Position numbers and translations under genes: made by a program. Positions 9,324 through 19,014 of a stretch of 28,817 nt of DNA are shown one piece after another (the stretch's first letter is position 1; each line of letters starts with the position of its first letter). The notes under the pieces are model-generated. The model saw nothing but the letters and a program-made list of their open reading frames with translations. It ran no database searches and was not told where the DNA came from. The DNA is from a bacterium (lineage in GTDB: Bacteria > CALINM01). The DNA lies in NCBI GenBank assembly GCA_041640455.1, contig JBEQAF010000018.1, forward strand, positions 1 through 28,817. The letters are read 5' to 3'.

Positions 9324-9539
9324 ATGAATCGAGCTTATATATGTCCATTTTTTGGAGTTAAAGAATCAATATGCAATCTTGGATGCGGGTATATCTCAGA
9401 AAAAGAAGCCGAGAAGATTGTGAAGAGCTGCATTATGTCCTTTGATAGCTGTAACAGATATCAGGAACTGATTGGGGAGTCCGATAAGAAGTTTCCATAC
9501 ATAATAGAAAAGTTTCAGAATCTATTAAGAATATTTTAG
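9324..9539 (+). CDS. Small Cys-rich hypothetical protein (71 aa)
   Basis: Strong SD AAGGAGG before ATG 9324; Cys at residues 7, 17, 21, 36 and 43; 13-nt gap to the transporter gene. Confidence 0.75.
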   Translation: MNRAYICPFFGVKESICNLGCGYISEKEAEKIVKSCIMSFDSCNRYQELIGESDKKFPYIIEKFQNLLRIF

Positions 9540-9552
9540 GAGGGAAAGTATA

Positions 9553-10824
9553 ATGAAAAACAAAGGTTGGGTTGTAGTATTTGCAGGTATGGGGCTTAAT
9601 CTGGCTTTGGGCGTATTATATGCATGGAGTGTATTTGGAAAACAGCTTTCTGAAGCTGTTGACAGGGGGGGATTTGGCTGGTCTAAAACAGATTCAGCTC
9701 TTCCCTACACGGTAGCCATTGCCTGTTTTGCCTTAATGATGGTTCCAGCAGGCAGACTGCAGGATAAATTCGGTCCAAGAATAGTTGCCACTCTTGGCGC
9801 CATATTTACAGGGTTAGGGCTTTTTATTACGGGATTTGCAACTCCAGATAACATCATTCCTGCAATAATAGGCTTTGGCATCCTTGCAGGCACTGGTTTT
9901 GGGCTTGGCTATGCAGCTGCAACTCCAGCTGCGGTAAAATGGTTCCCGCCTGAAAAAAAGGGACTGATAACAGGCATAGTAGTAAGTGGGTTTGGTCTGG
10001 CACCGGTTTACATAGCACCGCTCAGTAAATATCTGCTTTCTGAATATGGCATCAACAGCTCCTTTAAGATTCTTGGGCTATCTTTTCTCGCAATTGCCAC
10101 CATGCTCTGTCTGCTCATTAAAAATCCGAAAGAGGTAGCAAAAAGCCTGAACACGAAAGCAAACACAGGTTTCCGGTTGGATTATACTTATAGAGATATG
10201 CTAAAAACTCCTACCTTTTATTTACTCTGGATTGAATATGCCTGTGCAGCAACTGCAGGTCTTATGATAATTGGTCATCTGGCAAAGATTGTTGCATTGC
10301 AGTCAAATAATGCCATTAAAATTGGGTTTTTATTTGTAGCGCTTCTTGCCGTATTTAATGCTTCAGGAAGGCTTATTGCTGGAGTAGTATCTGATTATAT
10401 CGGAAGGGTGAAAACACTTTTTATAGTTTGTCTGGTTCAAGCAGTAATAATGTTTTTCTTCTCCTCATTATCCACAATAACTCAGTTTATAATTGGGTCT
10501 GCCACAGTAGGTTTCTGCTATGGTGCTTGTTTGTCCGTATTCCCCTCCATTACCTCTGACTACTGGGGATCAAAAAATTTGGGGTTGAACTACGGTATAG
10601 TATTTACTGCATGGGGTGTAGGTGGTGTTTTAGGTCCCATACTGGCGGGGAAAATAGCTGATGCTACAGGCAATTACAACACGGCATATATGATATCTTC
10701 AGCCCTTCTGGTATTTGCGGCTGTGCTTACCTTTGCAACTAAGGCTCCTGAGAGATCCACAATCTTTATTCCTCAGACCCAGGAGGAGCCAGCATTACTG
10801 GATGCGGTAAAACAGGAATCGTAA
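9553..10824 (+). CDS. MFS transporter, OFA (oxalate:formate antiporter / monocarboxylate) family
   Basis: About 12 hydrophobic segments, LYAWSVF, GRLQDKFGPR, KWFPPEKKGLITG, SDYIGR, GSKNLGLNYG; SD GGAGG. Confidence 0.9.
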   Translation: MKNKGWVVVFAGMGLNLALGVLYAWSVFGKQLSEAVDRGGFGWSKTDSALPYTVAIACFALMMVPAGRLQDKFGPRIVATLGAIFTGLGLFITGFATPDNIIPAIIGFGILAGTGFGLGYAAATPAAVKWFPPEKKGLITGIVVSGFGLAPVYIAPLSKYLLSEYGINSSFKILGLSFLAIATMLCLLIKNPKEVAKSLNTKANTGFRLDYTYRDMLKTPTFYLLWIEYACAATAGLMIIGHLAKIVALQSNNAIKIGFLFVALLAVFNASGRLIAGVVSDYIGRVKTLFIVCLVQAVIMFFFSSLSTITQFIIGSATVGFCYGACLSVFPSITSDYWGSKNLGLNYGIVFTAWGVGGVLGPILAGKIADATGNYNTAYMISSALLVFAAVLTFATKAPERSTIFIPQTQEEPALLDAVKQES

Positions 10825-10854
10825 AACAGATCTGTTTAATAAACTCAACCATCT

Positions 10855-10884
10855 AAAAGGGAGGATCAGATCCTCCCTTTTTTT
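10855..10884 (+). terminator. Intrinsic terminator, possibly bidirectional
   Basis: AAAAGGGAGGATC-A-GATCCTCCCTTTTTTT, a perfect inverted repeat with T-tract about 30 nt after the MFS stop. Confidence 0.85.
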
Positions 10885-10999
10885 AACAGTCATAATTTTT
10901 CTAAAAAATAAAACACATTACTCCTTCCCATCAGATCAGTTCTTATTTTTAATAGATTTTCCGAATAGTTTGTGATTTAATTTAAATTGGATATAAACA

Positions 11000-13354
11000 A
11001 TGCAAAAAATGTTTAAATTTATTTTTATTTTTTTGCTGGGTTTGGTAGCCGCCAGTTGTGGTGTGCATGTTAAAAGTGAGATGCTCACTTCAAGAGGAAA
11101 TTATTTTGATGCAGAGCGGTATTTAGAGGAACAGATAAAAGATTATAACAAGGCAAAAAGCGGGGATCTAATCTGGTTATGTCATACCTATTTAAAGCTA
11201 AAAAAATACAACAAAACAATGAAATGCCTCGATAGTCTTGAAGACAAAATCAGTAAAGGAGATAAATATCAGTTTGGCATATTTTCATTAGGTAGTGGAT
11301 TGATTTCTCCTAAAGACCTCACAGTAATGCCCCATCTTATGAGGGCTGAGGCATATTTAGACCTTGCGGATTATGAAAAGGCACTATCTTCAGCTTTAAC
11401 AGCTCTCAGGTTGGCCGAAACTAATGATTGGGATTTAGTGGATAAGATGGATAACTGGGATAGAGCTGTAAGGATAAGGGCACTTGGACTGATTGTAATT
11501 GCCTATGCCTTTTTGAATAATTATGATAATGCAAACAGGTATTTAAAGGAGCTGGAAGATGCTTTTGTAGGCTTTACCAGAGGATATTTTGTAAATAAGG
11601 AGAAAAAGTTGGCTCTCAAAAAGGCTTATATTGCATTGAAAAAATTTGATCAGGTTATAGATTCAAAAAAAGATTTTGGAGATTATATGTCCATCCTGGT
11701 AGAGGTCTTTTCGCTGGGGACAATACCAGCTCTTAAGGAAAAAGCCTTTGCCTTCGTAGAACTGCCTATTAATTTTATAAACTATAAAGCCCTATACGAA
11801 AAAGGATATATTCAGGAAGCTAAAGAAGGTTATGACAGGCTTCTTAATATGCCTCAGACGAAAAATAATGGTGAGATATACTGGGTACTCTTATATGATA
11901 GAGCTAAAATTTATAAAAAAGAGGGTGACACTAAAAATGCCATCTCTCTGTTAGATAGTTCAATCAGTATCCTTGAATCTCAGCGTTCTACCATAAACAC
12001 TGAAGCCAGCAAAATCGGTTTTGTAGGAGACAAGCAAAATGTTTATTACGAGATGGTTGCCACACTCTATGAAAATCAGGAATATTCAAAAGCCTATGAG
12101 TATGTGGAAAGATCAAAATCAAGGGCACTTGTTGATCTGCTTGCATCTAAAAAGGATCTGGACATATCAAAAGGAGATGGAGAAATTAAGGTAGCTCTTG
12201 AAGAACTTAACAATACTGAACTTGAAACAAGCTCGCTTGATAAGATAATAAAACCTGATGATACAGATCAGTTAAAACTAAGGGGGATAAAGATAAAGGA
12301 CAGAATAAGCAGAAAATCCCCTGAGATATCAAATCTTATTACTGTATCGGGGCTTTCAACCGATCAGATCCGCTCTTATCTCAAGGATGATGAGACTTTA
12401 ATAGAATATTACTATTTTGATAATGATCTGTATGCTTTTGTCTTAAACAGACAGGAGCTAAAGGTTTTGAGACTGGATGGTAAAAATTTATCTGATCATA
12501 TTGAAAGTTTCAGAAGAGAGATTATGAACCTTAGCTCTAATAGATATGACTATTATTCAGAGCTTATATACAGAAAAATTTTTAAACCATTGGAAGAGTT
12601 TGTTAAAACAAAGAATGTCATAATAGTTCCTCATGGCATACTTCATTACCTGCCGTTTAATGCATTAAAGTCAGAGAAAGGCTATCTGGCAGAAATATAT
12701 AGTCTAAGTTTCCTCCCGAGCGCTTCAGTTTTGAAATTTTTGAAATCAGGAGGTTGTAATAAAAACAATTCAATTTTAATATTTGGAAATCCTGATCTGG
12801 ATGATTCTAAATATGATTTGCAGTATGCCAGTGAGGAGGCTCTGGAGGTGTCAAAAGAATTTTCAGATTCAAAGGTTCTAACAAGAAAGAAGGCTACAGA
12901 GACCGAGTTTAAAAAACATGCCTCTGCTTACTGCAATATTCATCTTGCAACTCACGGAACCTTTGACTCAAGATATCCCTTGAGTTCAGGGCTTTATTTT
13001 GCCAGGGATGAGTTTAACAATGGTTTTCTTGAAGTTAGTGAGCTATATTCTCTAAATCTAAGTGCGGATCTGGTAACTTTAAGTGCCTGCGAAACTGCTT
13101 TAGGGAAAATAAATTCTGGAGATGATGTTATAGGGCTACAGAGAGGTTTTCTTTATGCGGGAGCCAGATCTATAATCGCAAGTTTATGGACTGTTGACGA
13201 CCTGGCGACCTCTATACTTATGAAGCAGCTTTATATTAATCTGAAAAAAATGAATAAAAGTGATTCTCTGCGGGATGCCCAGTTGGCGGTGAAAAAACAG
13301 TATGCGCATCCTTTTTACTGGGCAGGATTTCAGCTTACAGGTATGAGGGATTAA
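11000..13354 (+). CDS. TPR-like repeat + CHAT (caspase-like) domain protein, probable lipoprotein
   Basis: N-terminal signal with lipobox-like VAASC (Cys20), helical repeat region, [30 protein letters not shown] (His652), LSACET (Cys697), [15 protein letters not shown]. Confidence 0.9.
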   Translation: MQKMFKFIFIFLLGLVAASCGVHVKSEMLTSRGNYFDAERYLEEQIKDYNKAKSGDLIWLCHTYLKLKKYNKTMKCLDSLEDKISKGDKYQFGIFSLGSGLISPKDLTVMPHLMRAEAYLDLADYEKALSSALTALRLAETNDWDLVDKMDNWDRAVRIRALGLIVIAYAFLNNYDNANRYLKELEDAFVGFTRGYFVNKEKKLALKKAYIALKKFDQVIDSKKDFGDYMSILVEVFSLGTIPALKEKAFAFVELPINFINYKALYEKGYIQEAKEGYDRLLNMPQTKNNGEIYWVLLYDRAKIYKKEGDTKNAISLLDSSISILESQRSTINTEASKIGFVGDKQNVYYEMVATLYENQEYSKAYEYVERSKSRALVDLLASKKDLDISKGDGEIKVALEELNNTELETSSLDKIIKPDDTDQLKLRGIKIKDRISRKSPEISNLITVSGLSTDQIRSYLKDDETLIEYYYFDNDLYAFVLNRQELKVLRLDGKNLSDHIESFRREIMNLSSNRYDYYSELIYRKIFKPLEEFVKTKNVIIVPHGILHYLPFNALKSEKGYLAEIYSLSFLPSASVLKFLKSGGCNKNNSILIFGNPDLDDSKYDLQYASEEALEVSKEFSDSKVLTRKKATETEFKKHASAYCNIHLATHGTFDSRYPLSSGLYFARDEFNNGFLEVSELYSLNLSADLVTLSACETALGKINSGDDVIGLQRGFLYAGARSIIASLWTVDDLATSILMKQLYINLKKMNKSDSLRDAQLAVKKQYAHPFYWAGFQLTGMRD

Positions 13355-13600
13355 AAATCAATTCCATTGCTGTTTCATGGTCTCCAGCTGGTTTTTCTAA
13401 ACTAATTTTTTTTGATTTGGGTAGATAAACCTTGAACATTGAGCCTTTGCCTTTTTCTGAGTAGGCGTAGATAAAGCCGTTTAGCTGTTTTATTATGCCA
13501 TAACATGTGGCAAGCCCGAGCCCTGTGCCATTATCTTTTGTTGTAAAAAAAGCTCAAATATATGTATCTTTGTCTTAATATATCCCCCTTTGGAGTCAGC
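13335..13600 (-). pseudogene. Remnant of a histidine kinase HATPase_c domain (5'-truncated, frameshifted)
   Basis: Hand translation KTKIHIFE/[1-nt frameshift near 13551]/[44 protein letters not shown]; no N-terminal kinase domains. Absent from the ORF track. Confidence 0.85.
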
Positions 13601-13777
13601 TAAACGCTAATTCAATTATAGTTTCAAAGTATAAAATGTCAAATTGCACAAAAATTTTTGAACTCAGGCTGTACTTTTTATGTGAAAATTTTTCCAATCT
13701 ATTGAAAATAGTGGTTTTTTGATTTAATCTTATCTCTTCTGTAAAATTAAGTATTAGCTAATTTTTTAGGAGGAACA

Positions 13778-16700
13778 ATGCTGGAAAAATCTTCTTGTGG
13801 GGTTGGTTTTGTATCTAACTTGAAAGGGATAAAAAGCTGTCAGATTCTTAAACTCGGTATTGAGGCAGTAAAAAATCTTACCCACAGGGGGGCGGTTGGT
13901 GCAGATGGAAAAACAGGCGATGGATGTGGAGTTCTCTTTGAGATTCCTGAACAGTTTTTTGCCTCATATTTAGAATCAATGGGTCTTCCAGAAAAAGATT
14001 ACAAACATATAGCAGTAGCTACAGTTTTTTCCTATCAGGATTTAGAGCTTAATAGACTGGCTACAATTTTTGAGAGCTTTGGCTTTGACAGAGTTTTTAG
14101 AAGAGATGTACCTGTGAATCTTTCTGCTCTCGGTGAAGTCTCCAGAAAATCTATGCCAGATATATATCAGTTAGTAATTCCTCATAATTTTGATAAAGAT
14201 GAGGCTGAAAAGAGACTTTTTATCATTGGAAGGTTAATAGAAAAAAGCTTTGACAAGCTATATCTGGTATCTATATCTACCTATAATATTGTTTATAAAG
14301 GTATGCTCATTGCACCCTATCTTGATATGTTCTATCCAGATCTTAAAAATCCTGATTTTGAAACATCTTACTGCATCTTTCATCAGAGATACTCAACTAA
14401 CACCTCTCCAAAGTGGGAGCTTGCTCAACCATTCAGTTCCATCGCCCATAATGGTGAGATAAATACCATTAAAGGTAACAGAATGAAGTTTATGTCTCTC
14501 GAAGAGATGTTAACAATTAAAGATTTTCCAGAGATTTATAAAAGAATAAAGCCTTTATTATCCTTTAATGAGAGCGACTCGCTTTCTCTGGATAAGGTTT
14601 TCAAACTGATGATTACCAATGGTTATAACCCGCTGCTTGCAATAAATATTTTGATTCCGCCTGCATGGGAGAATCTGCCTTTTATAGATTATAAGCTAAA
14701 AGGGATGTTTCAGTATAACGAGCTTTTGTGCGAACCGTGGGATGGCCCAGCAGCTATAGTATTTACTGATGGCAAAGAGATAGGTGCCCATCTGGATAGA
14801 AACGGTTTAAGACCGCTTAGATACAATCTTTATGAGGATGGGGTAATTGTGGTTGGTTCAGAAACGGGGATGATAAATCTGGACTCAAAAATAATCAGGT
14901 ATGGCAAATTAAACTCAGGTGACACCATATCTTTAAGACTGGACAAGGGAGTTTTGAGAACAAGGATGGAGATTTTTAACGAGCTTGCCATAGTAAAGGA
15001 TTTTGAGAGAAAGATCTGTGTTGGATTTAAAAAACTTAATGAAACCAATGAGTTTTGCGAGAACATGGATGAAGATCTTTTGAATAAACTGAAAACTGCC
15101 TTTGCATATACGTGGGAAGAGATAGAAGAGATTATTCCTTTTGCAGCAGAAAAGGGGATGGAGTTTATCTATTCTATGGGAGATGATACACCAGTTCCAC
15201 CTCTTTGCAAAAATCCGCAACTGATTTACAGATTTTTTAAGCAAAAGTTTGCTCAGGTTACAAACCCGCCTATTGATCCCATTAGAGAGAAGGGTGTTAT
15301 GTCGCTCACAGTCTATCTGGGAGAGAGAGAAAGTATACTGGACTATGACAGCCCCAAGCACTGTGAAAAGCTTGCACTGCCTTCTCCTGTTTTATCCAAG
15401 TCTGAGTTTGAACAGATTTTGAGACACTTTGACGAAAAAAGCGTCGTCATATCAACACTTTTTAAGGATGGAAAAGATTTTAAAAAAGCTCTGTCAGATT
15501 TTTCTGAAAATTTAAAAGCCCATCTTTTAAAGGGAGCAACTTTAATTGTGTTAAGTGACAGGGGATTAAGAGATGGGTTCTACTATATTCCTGCTCTTCT
15601 TGCCACATCGGTTGCCATTAGGGTTGCCAGAGAACTGAATTTGAGCTCAAAGATAAATATAATCTTAGAAAGCGGAGAGGTTAGAGACTCCCATCAGATT
15701 TCATGTCTTTTAGGCTATGGAGCATCCTTAATATATCCCTATCTTGCCTATGAGTTAGTTAACAACCTTGGTCTAAAACCATATCTTTTCAGAATAGCCT
15801 TAAATTACGGTATTTTAAAGATAATCTCAAAAATGGGTATATCATGTGTGTCTTCCTATATTGGTAGTCAGCTTTTTGATGCCCTCTTCCTTGATAAAGA
15901 ATTTGTTGAAAACTATTTCCCTCAAACAGACTACTCGCTCTCTGGAGTGGATATATATAAACTTTTCGAAAACCATAGATACTATGTGGATAGGGCGTTT
16001 AAGGAGCATAAAGATCCGTCTCCTGGCGGAGATCTAAGATCTAAAAAGGATGGTGAATGGCATGGCTGGTCTCAGCAGCTTGTTGTATCTTTACATAAAT
16101 TTTTAAAAACCGCTGATAAAAAATATTATGAAGAGTATGTTAATGCCGCAAATAATATGCATCCAACCTTCATAAGAGACCTGCTGGATATTAAAAAAGA
16201 TAAGCCCATACCTATTGATGAGGTAGAGAAAAAAGAAGAGATATTAAAAAGATTTTCTACCGCAGCCATGTCAATAGGCGCTCTATCTCCTGAAGCTCAT
16301 TCAACCATTAATGAATCTGCAAGATTAGTTAATATGAAATGTAACAGCGGTGAGGGTGGTGAAGATGAGAAAAAGTACTGGACAGGTATGGGAAGCTCCA
16401 TAAGGCAGGTCGCTTCTGGTAGATTTGGTGTTACTTTAGAGTATTTAGCCTCTGCAGAAGAGATTGAAATAAAGATCGCTCAGGGAGCAAAACCTGGAGA
16501 GGGTGGACAGCTACCAGGAAATAAGGTAAATGCATATATATCAAAACTGAGACATTCCCAGAAGGGTGTAACATTAATATCCCCACCGCCCCATCATGAT
16601 ATTTACTCTATTGAGGATCTTGCTCAACTTATTAATGACCTTAAAAACATTAATCCGAGCGCAAGAATAGGGGTAAAACTGGTTTCTGAAAAAGGGATAG

Positions 16701-18055
16701 GACAGATAGCTTGTGGCGTAGCAAAGGCTCATGCAGATTATATTCAGATAAGTGCAGTTGATGGGGGAACAGGCGCCTCTCCTTATGTTTCCATAAAAAA
16801 TGCAGGAAGCTATCTGGAACTCGGGCTTTGTGAGACCCATCTCAGTCTCATTGAAAACGGTTTAAGAGATAGAGTTACCTTAAGGGTTGACGGAGGGATT
16901 AAAACAGGAAAAGATATAGTTATACTTGCCCTTTTGGGGGCAGAGGAGTTCGCCTTCGGTACTTTATGTATGCTTGCGGTTGGCTGTGTTATGGATAGAA
17001 AATGTCATTTAAATTCATGCTCAGTTGGTGTAGCTACTCAGGATGAGGCTTTAAGAAAAAGATTCAGGGGAAGTAAAGAAGGCTTTACGCTACTATTTAA
17101 CACTATTGCTGAAGATGTTAGAGGATGGCTTTCAAAAGCTGGTGCTAAAAGTCTCGCTAATATTGTGGGTAAAGGTTATTTTTTAAAAAGAAGAGAATGG
17201 GAAGATGTGGAGGCTGTAAAAAAGATAAATATTGAGGAGCTCATAGCAAAATACAATGAAAAAACTCATGTATTCTGTAAAGTTTATCGTAATGAACCTA
17301 AGGATAATGACTTGAATGATAGAATATGTGAAGATCTTTTAGAAAGTATAAAAGAAGAAAAGCCCGCAATTAGATGCTACAAAATAAGGAATATAGACAG
17401 AAGCGTTCCAGTAAAACTTAATTATTTTATGGCAGATCATTACAGGGGAAGGGATGTTGAAGAAGATCTTATAAAGATAAGATTTGAAGGTGTGGCTGGT
17501 CAGAGTTTTGGCGCCTTTAATTCAAAGGGGCTTTTTATTGAGCTTATTGGAGAAGCTAATGATTATGTGGGAAAAGGTATGGCAGGTGGAAAGATTGTCA
17601 TAAGAGGCAGGAATTTAGAAGAAAGCCACAAAAACTATCTGGCAGGGAATACTTTATTATATGGTGCTACTGGTGGAGAATTATATATTGCTGGCAGAGC
17701 AGGTGAGCGGTTTGCAGTAAGAAACAGCGGTGCAGTTGCAGTAATAGAAGGGGCAGGTCATCATCTGTGTGAGTATATGACAGGAGGTATTGTGATAGTT
17801 TTAGGAGGTGTAGGTTTAAACATAGGAGCAGGTATGACTGGAGGTGTAATCTATGTGCTTGATGAGTCAAAGAACCTTGATAAAAGGCTAAACTTAGATT
17901 ATGTAAAACTTGAGAATATGGAGGAGAGTGATTATAAGGTTTTGAAAATGTTTATAACAAATCATTATTTTTATACCGAAAGTCAACGCGCTAAATATAT
18001 CCTTGACAACTGGGAAGAATCGAAAAGTAGAATTAAGAAGATCTGCCCCCGTTGA
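13778..18055 (+). CDS. gltB: Glutamate synthase large subunit
   Basis: Propeptide followed by CGVGF Ntn nucleophile, HQRYSTNT, HNGEINT, EPWDGPA, FAQVTNPPID, QGAKPGEGGQLPG, CVMDRKCHLNSC 3Fe-4S motif, GXGXG domain; SD AGGAGG. Confidence 0.97.
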   Translation: MLEKSSCGVGFVSNLKGIKSCQILKLGIEAVKNLTHRGAVGADGKTGDGCGVLFEIPEQFFASYLESMGLPEKDYKHIAVATVFSYQDLELNRLATIFESFGFDRVFRRDVPVNLSALGEVSRKSMPDIYQLVIPHNFDKDEAEKRLFIIGRLIEKSFDKLYLVSISTYNIVYKGMLIAPYLDMFYPDLKNPDFETSYCIFHQRYSTNTSPKWELAQPFSSIAHNGEINTIKGNRMKFMSLEEMLTIKDFPEIYKRIKPLLSFNESDSLSLDKVFKLMITNGYNPLLAINILIPPAWENLPFIDYKLKGMFQYNELLCEPWDGPAAIVFTDGKEIGAHLDRNGLRPLRYNLYEDGVIVVGSETGMINLDSKIIRYGKLNSGDTISLRLDKGVLRTRMEIFNELAIVKDFERKICVGFKKLNETNEFCENMDEDLLNKLKTAFAYTWEEIEEIIPFAAEKGMEFIYSMGDDTPVPPLCKNPQLIYRFFKQKFAQVTNPPIDPIREKGVMSLTVYLGERESILDYDSPKHCEKLALPSPVLSKSEFEQILRHFDEKSVVISTLFKDGKDFKKALSDFSENLKAHLLKGATLIVLSDRGLRDGFYYIPALLATSVAIRVARELNLSSKINIILESGEVRDSHQISCLLGYGASLIYPYLAYELVNNLGLKPYLFRIALNYGILKIISKMGISCVSSYIGSQLFDALFLDKEFVENYFPQTDYSLSGVDIYKLFENHRYYVDRAFKEHKDPSPGGDLRSKKDGEWHGWSQQLVVSLHKFLKTADKKYYEEYVNAANNMHPTFIRDLLDIKKDKPIPIDEVEKKEEILKRFSTAAMSIGALSPEAHSTINESARLVNMKCNSGEGGEDEKKYWTGMGSSIRQVASGRFGVTLEYLASAEEIEIKIAQGAKPGEGGQLPGNKVNAYISKLRHSQKGVTLISPPPHHDIYSIEDLAQLINDLKNINPSARIGVKLVSEKGIGQIACGVAKAHADYIQISAVDGGTGASPYVSIKNAGSYLELGLCETHLSLIENGLRDRVTLRVDGGIKTGKDIVILALLGAEEFAFGTLCMLAVGCVMDRKCHLNSCSVGVATQDEALRKRFRGSKEGFTLLFNTIAEDVRGWLSKAGAKSLANIVGKGYFLKRREWEDVEAVKKINIEELIAKYNEKTHVFCKVYRNEPKDNDLNDRICEDLLESIKEEKPAIRCYKIRNIDRSVPVKLNYFMADHYRGRDVEEDLIKIRFEGVAGQSFGAFNSKGLFIELIGEANDYVGKGMAGGKIVIRGRNLEESHKNYLAGNTLLYGATGGELYIAGRAGERFAVRNSGAVAVIEGAGHHLCEYMTGGIVIVLGGVGLNIGAGMTGGVIYVLDESKNLDKRLNLDYVKLENMEESDYKVLKMFITNHYFYTESQRAKYILDNWEESKSRIKKICPR

Positions 18056-18100
18056 TTTTTTTATTATTAAAAACTTAAATAAACTATATAATGATTTGAT

Positions 18101-18745
18101 ATGGACTATAAATATAGCAGAGAAAAGATGGTAAGGGAGCAGATAAGATCCCGTGGAGTATCAAATCAGCTTGTTATTCAAGCCATGCTAAAGGTTCCAA
18201 GACATCTTTTTGTAGAAGATGCTCTAAAACACAGGGCATATGAGGATTACCCCCTACCGATTCAAGATGGTCAGACCATATCTCAGCCATACATTGTAGC
18301 CCTGATGACCGAAGCTTTAAAGCTTAAAGGCGGAGAAAAGGTACTTGAGATAGGTACTGGTAGCGGCTATCAGGCAGCAGTATTAGCAGAGATTGTAGAC
18401 AAGGTCTATTCAGTGGAGAGAATTCCTTCACTGGCTAAAAGAGCAAGAGATCTGCTTGATATGCTGGGTTATAATAATATCAGTATAAAAGTAGGCGATG
18501 GCACATATGGATGGAAAGAGTTTTCTCCCTATGACGGTATTATTGTTACCGCATCAGCACCAGATATTCCTCCTCCTCTGATAGATCAGCTTAAAGAAGG
18601 TGGTAGACTTGTTATACCAGTGGGTGATGTTTTTTCTCAGGATCTGGTTGTGGTTACAAAAGATCAGGGGCGTATAAAAAAAGAGAACTATGGTGGAGTT
18701 AGATTTGTCAAACTTATTGGTGATTATGGCTGGAGGGCTGAGTAG
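18101..18745 (+). CDS. pcm: Protein-L-isoaspartate(D-aspartate) O-methyltransferase
   Basis: [52 protein letters not shown]. Confidence 0.96.
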   Translation: MDYKYSREKMVREQIRSRGVSNQLVIQAMLKVPRHLFVEDALKHRAYEDYPLPIQDGQTISQPYIVALMTEALKLKGGEKVLEIGTGSGYQAAVLAEIVDKVYSVERIPSLAKRARDLLDMLGYNNISIKVGDGTYGWKEFSPYDGIIVTASAPDIPPPLIDQLKEGGRLVIPVGDVFSQDLVVVTKDQGRIKKENYGGVRFVKLIGDYGWRAE

Positions 18746-18747
18746 TA

Positions 18748-19014
18748 ATGGCTGTTAAGGATTTTGAAAATTATGAAATTTTTCCTTACTATCATAATAA
18801 CAAGTTTTACAATCTTATTACAGATCTTGACCTTGAGCTTGCAGAGGTAAGAGAGCTTCTAAACTATATCGAGGAGCATGGTCTCATGGAGATACAGATT
18901 AAAGAGCACCCTGATATGGCACTTCTCTGTGAGATTGAGCTAAGTAAAGCAAAGTTTGTGGTAGACCTTATGAATTATGAGATACTCATATACAAGAGGA
19001 TTGAGATTAAATGA
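18748..19014 (+). CDS. Hypothetical acidic protein (88 aa)
   Basis: Fills the gap between pcm (2 nt) and coaBC (ATGA overlap); SD-like GGAGG upstream; no recognised motif. Confidence 0.75.
   Translation: MAVKDFENYEIFPYYHNNKFYNLITDLDLELAEVRELLNYIEEHGLMEIQIKEHPDMALLCEIELSKAKFVVDLMNYEILIYKRIEIK

Noticed and set aside
11000..13354. CHAT protein as part of a Craspase (type III-E) or gasdermin defence system
   Set aside because: No cas genes, CRISPR array or gasdermin-like ORF nearby, and the protein appears to be exported.
13645..13662. Canonical NtrC box upstream of gltB
   Set aside because: Only the TGCAC half matches TGCAC-N7-GTGCA, and I saw no -24/-12 element before gltB.
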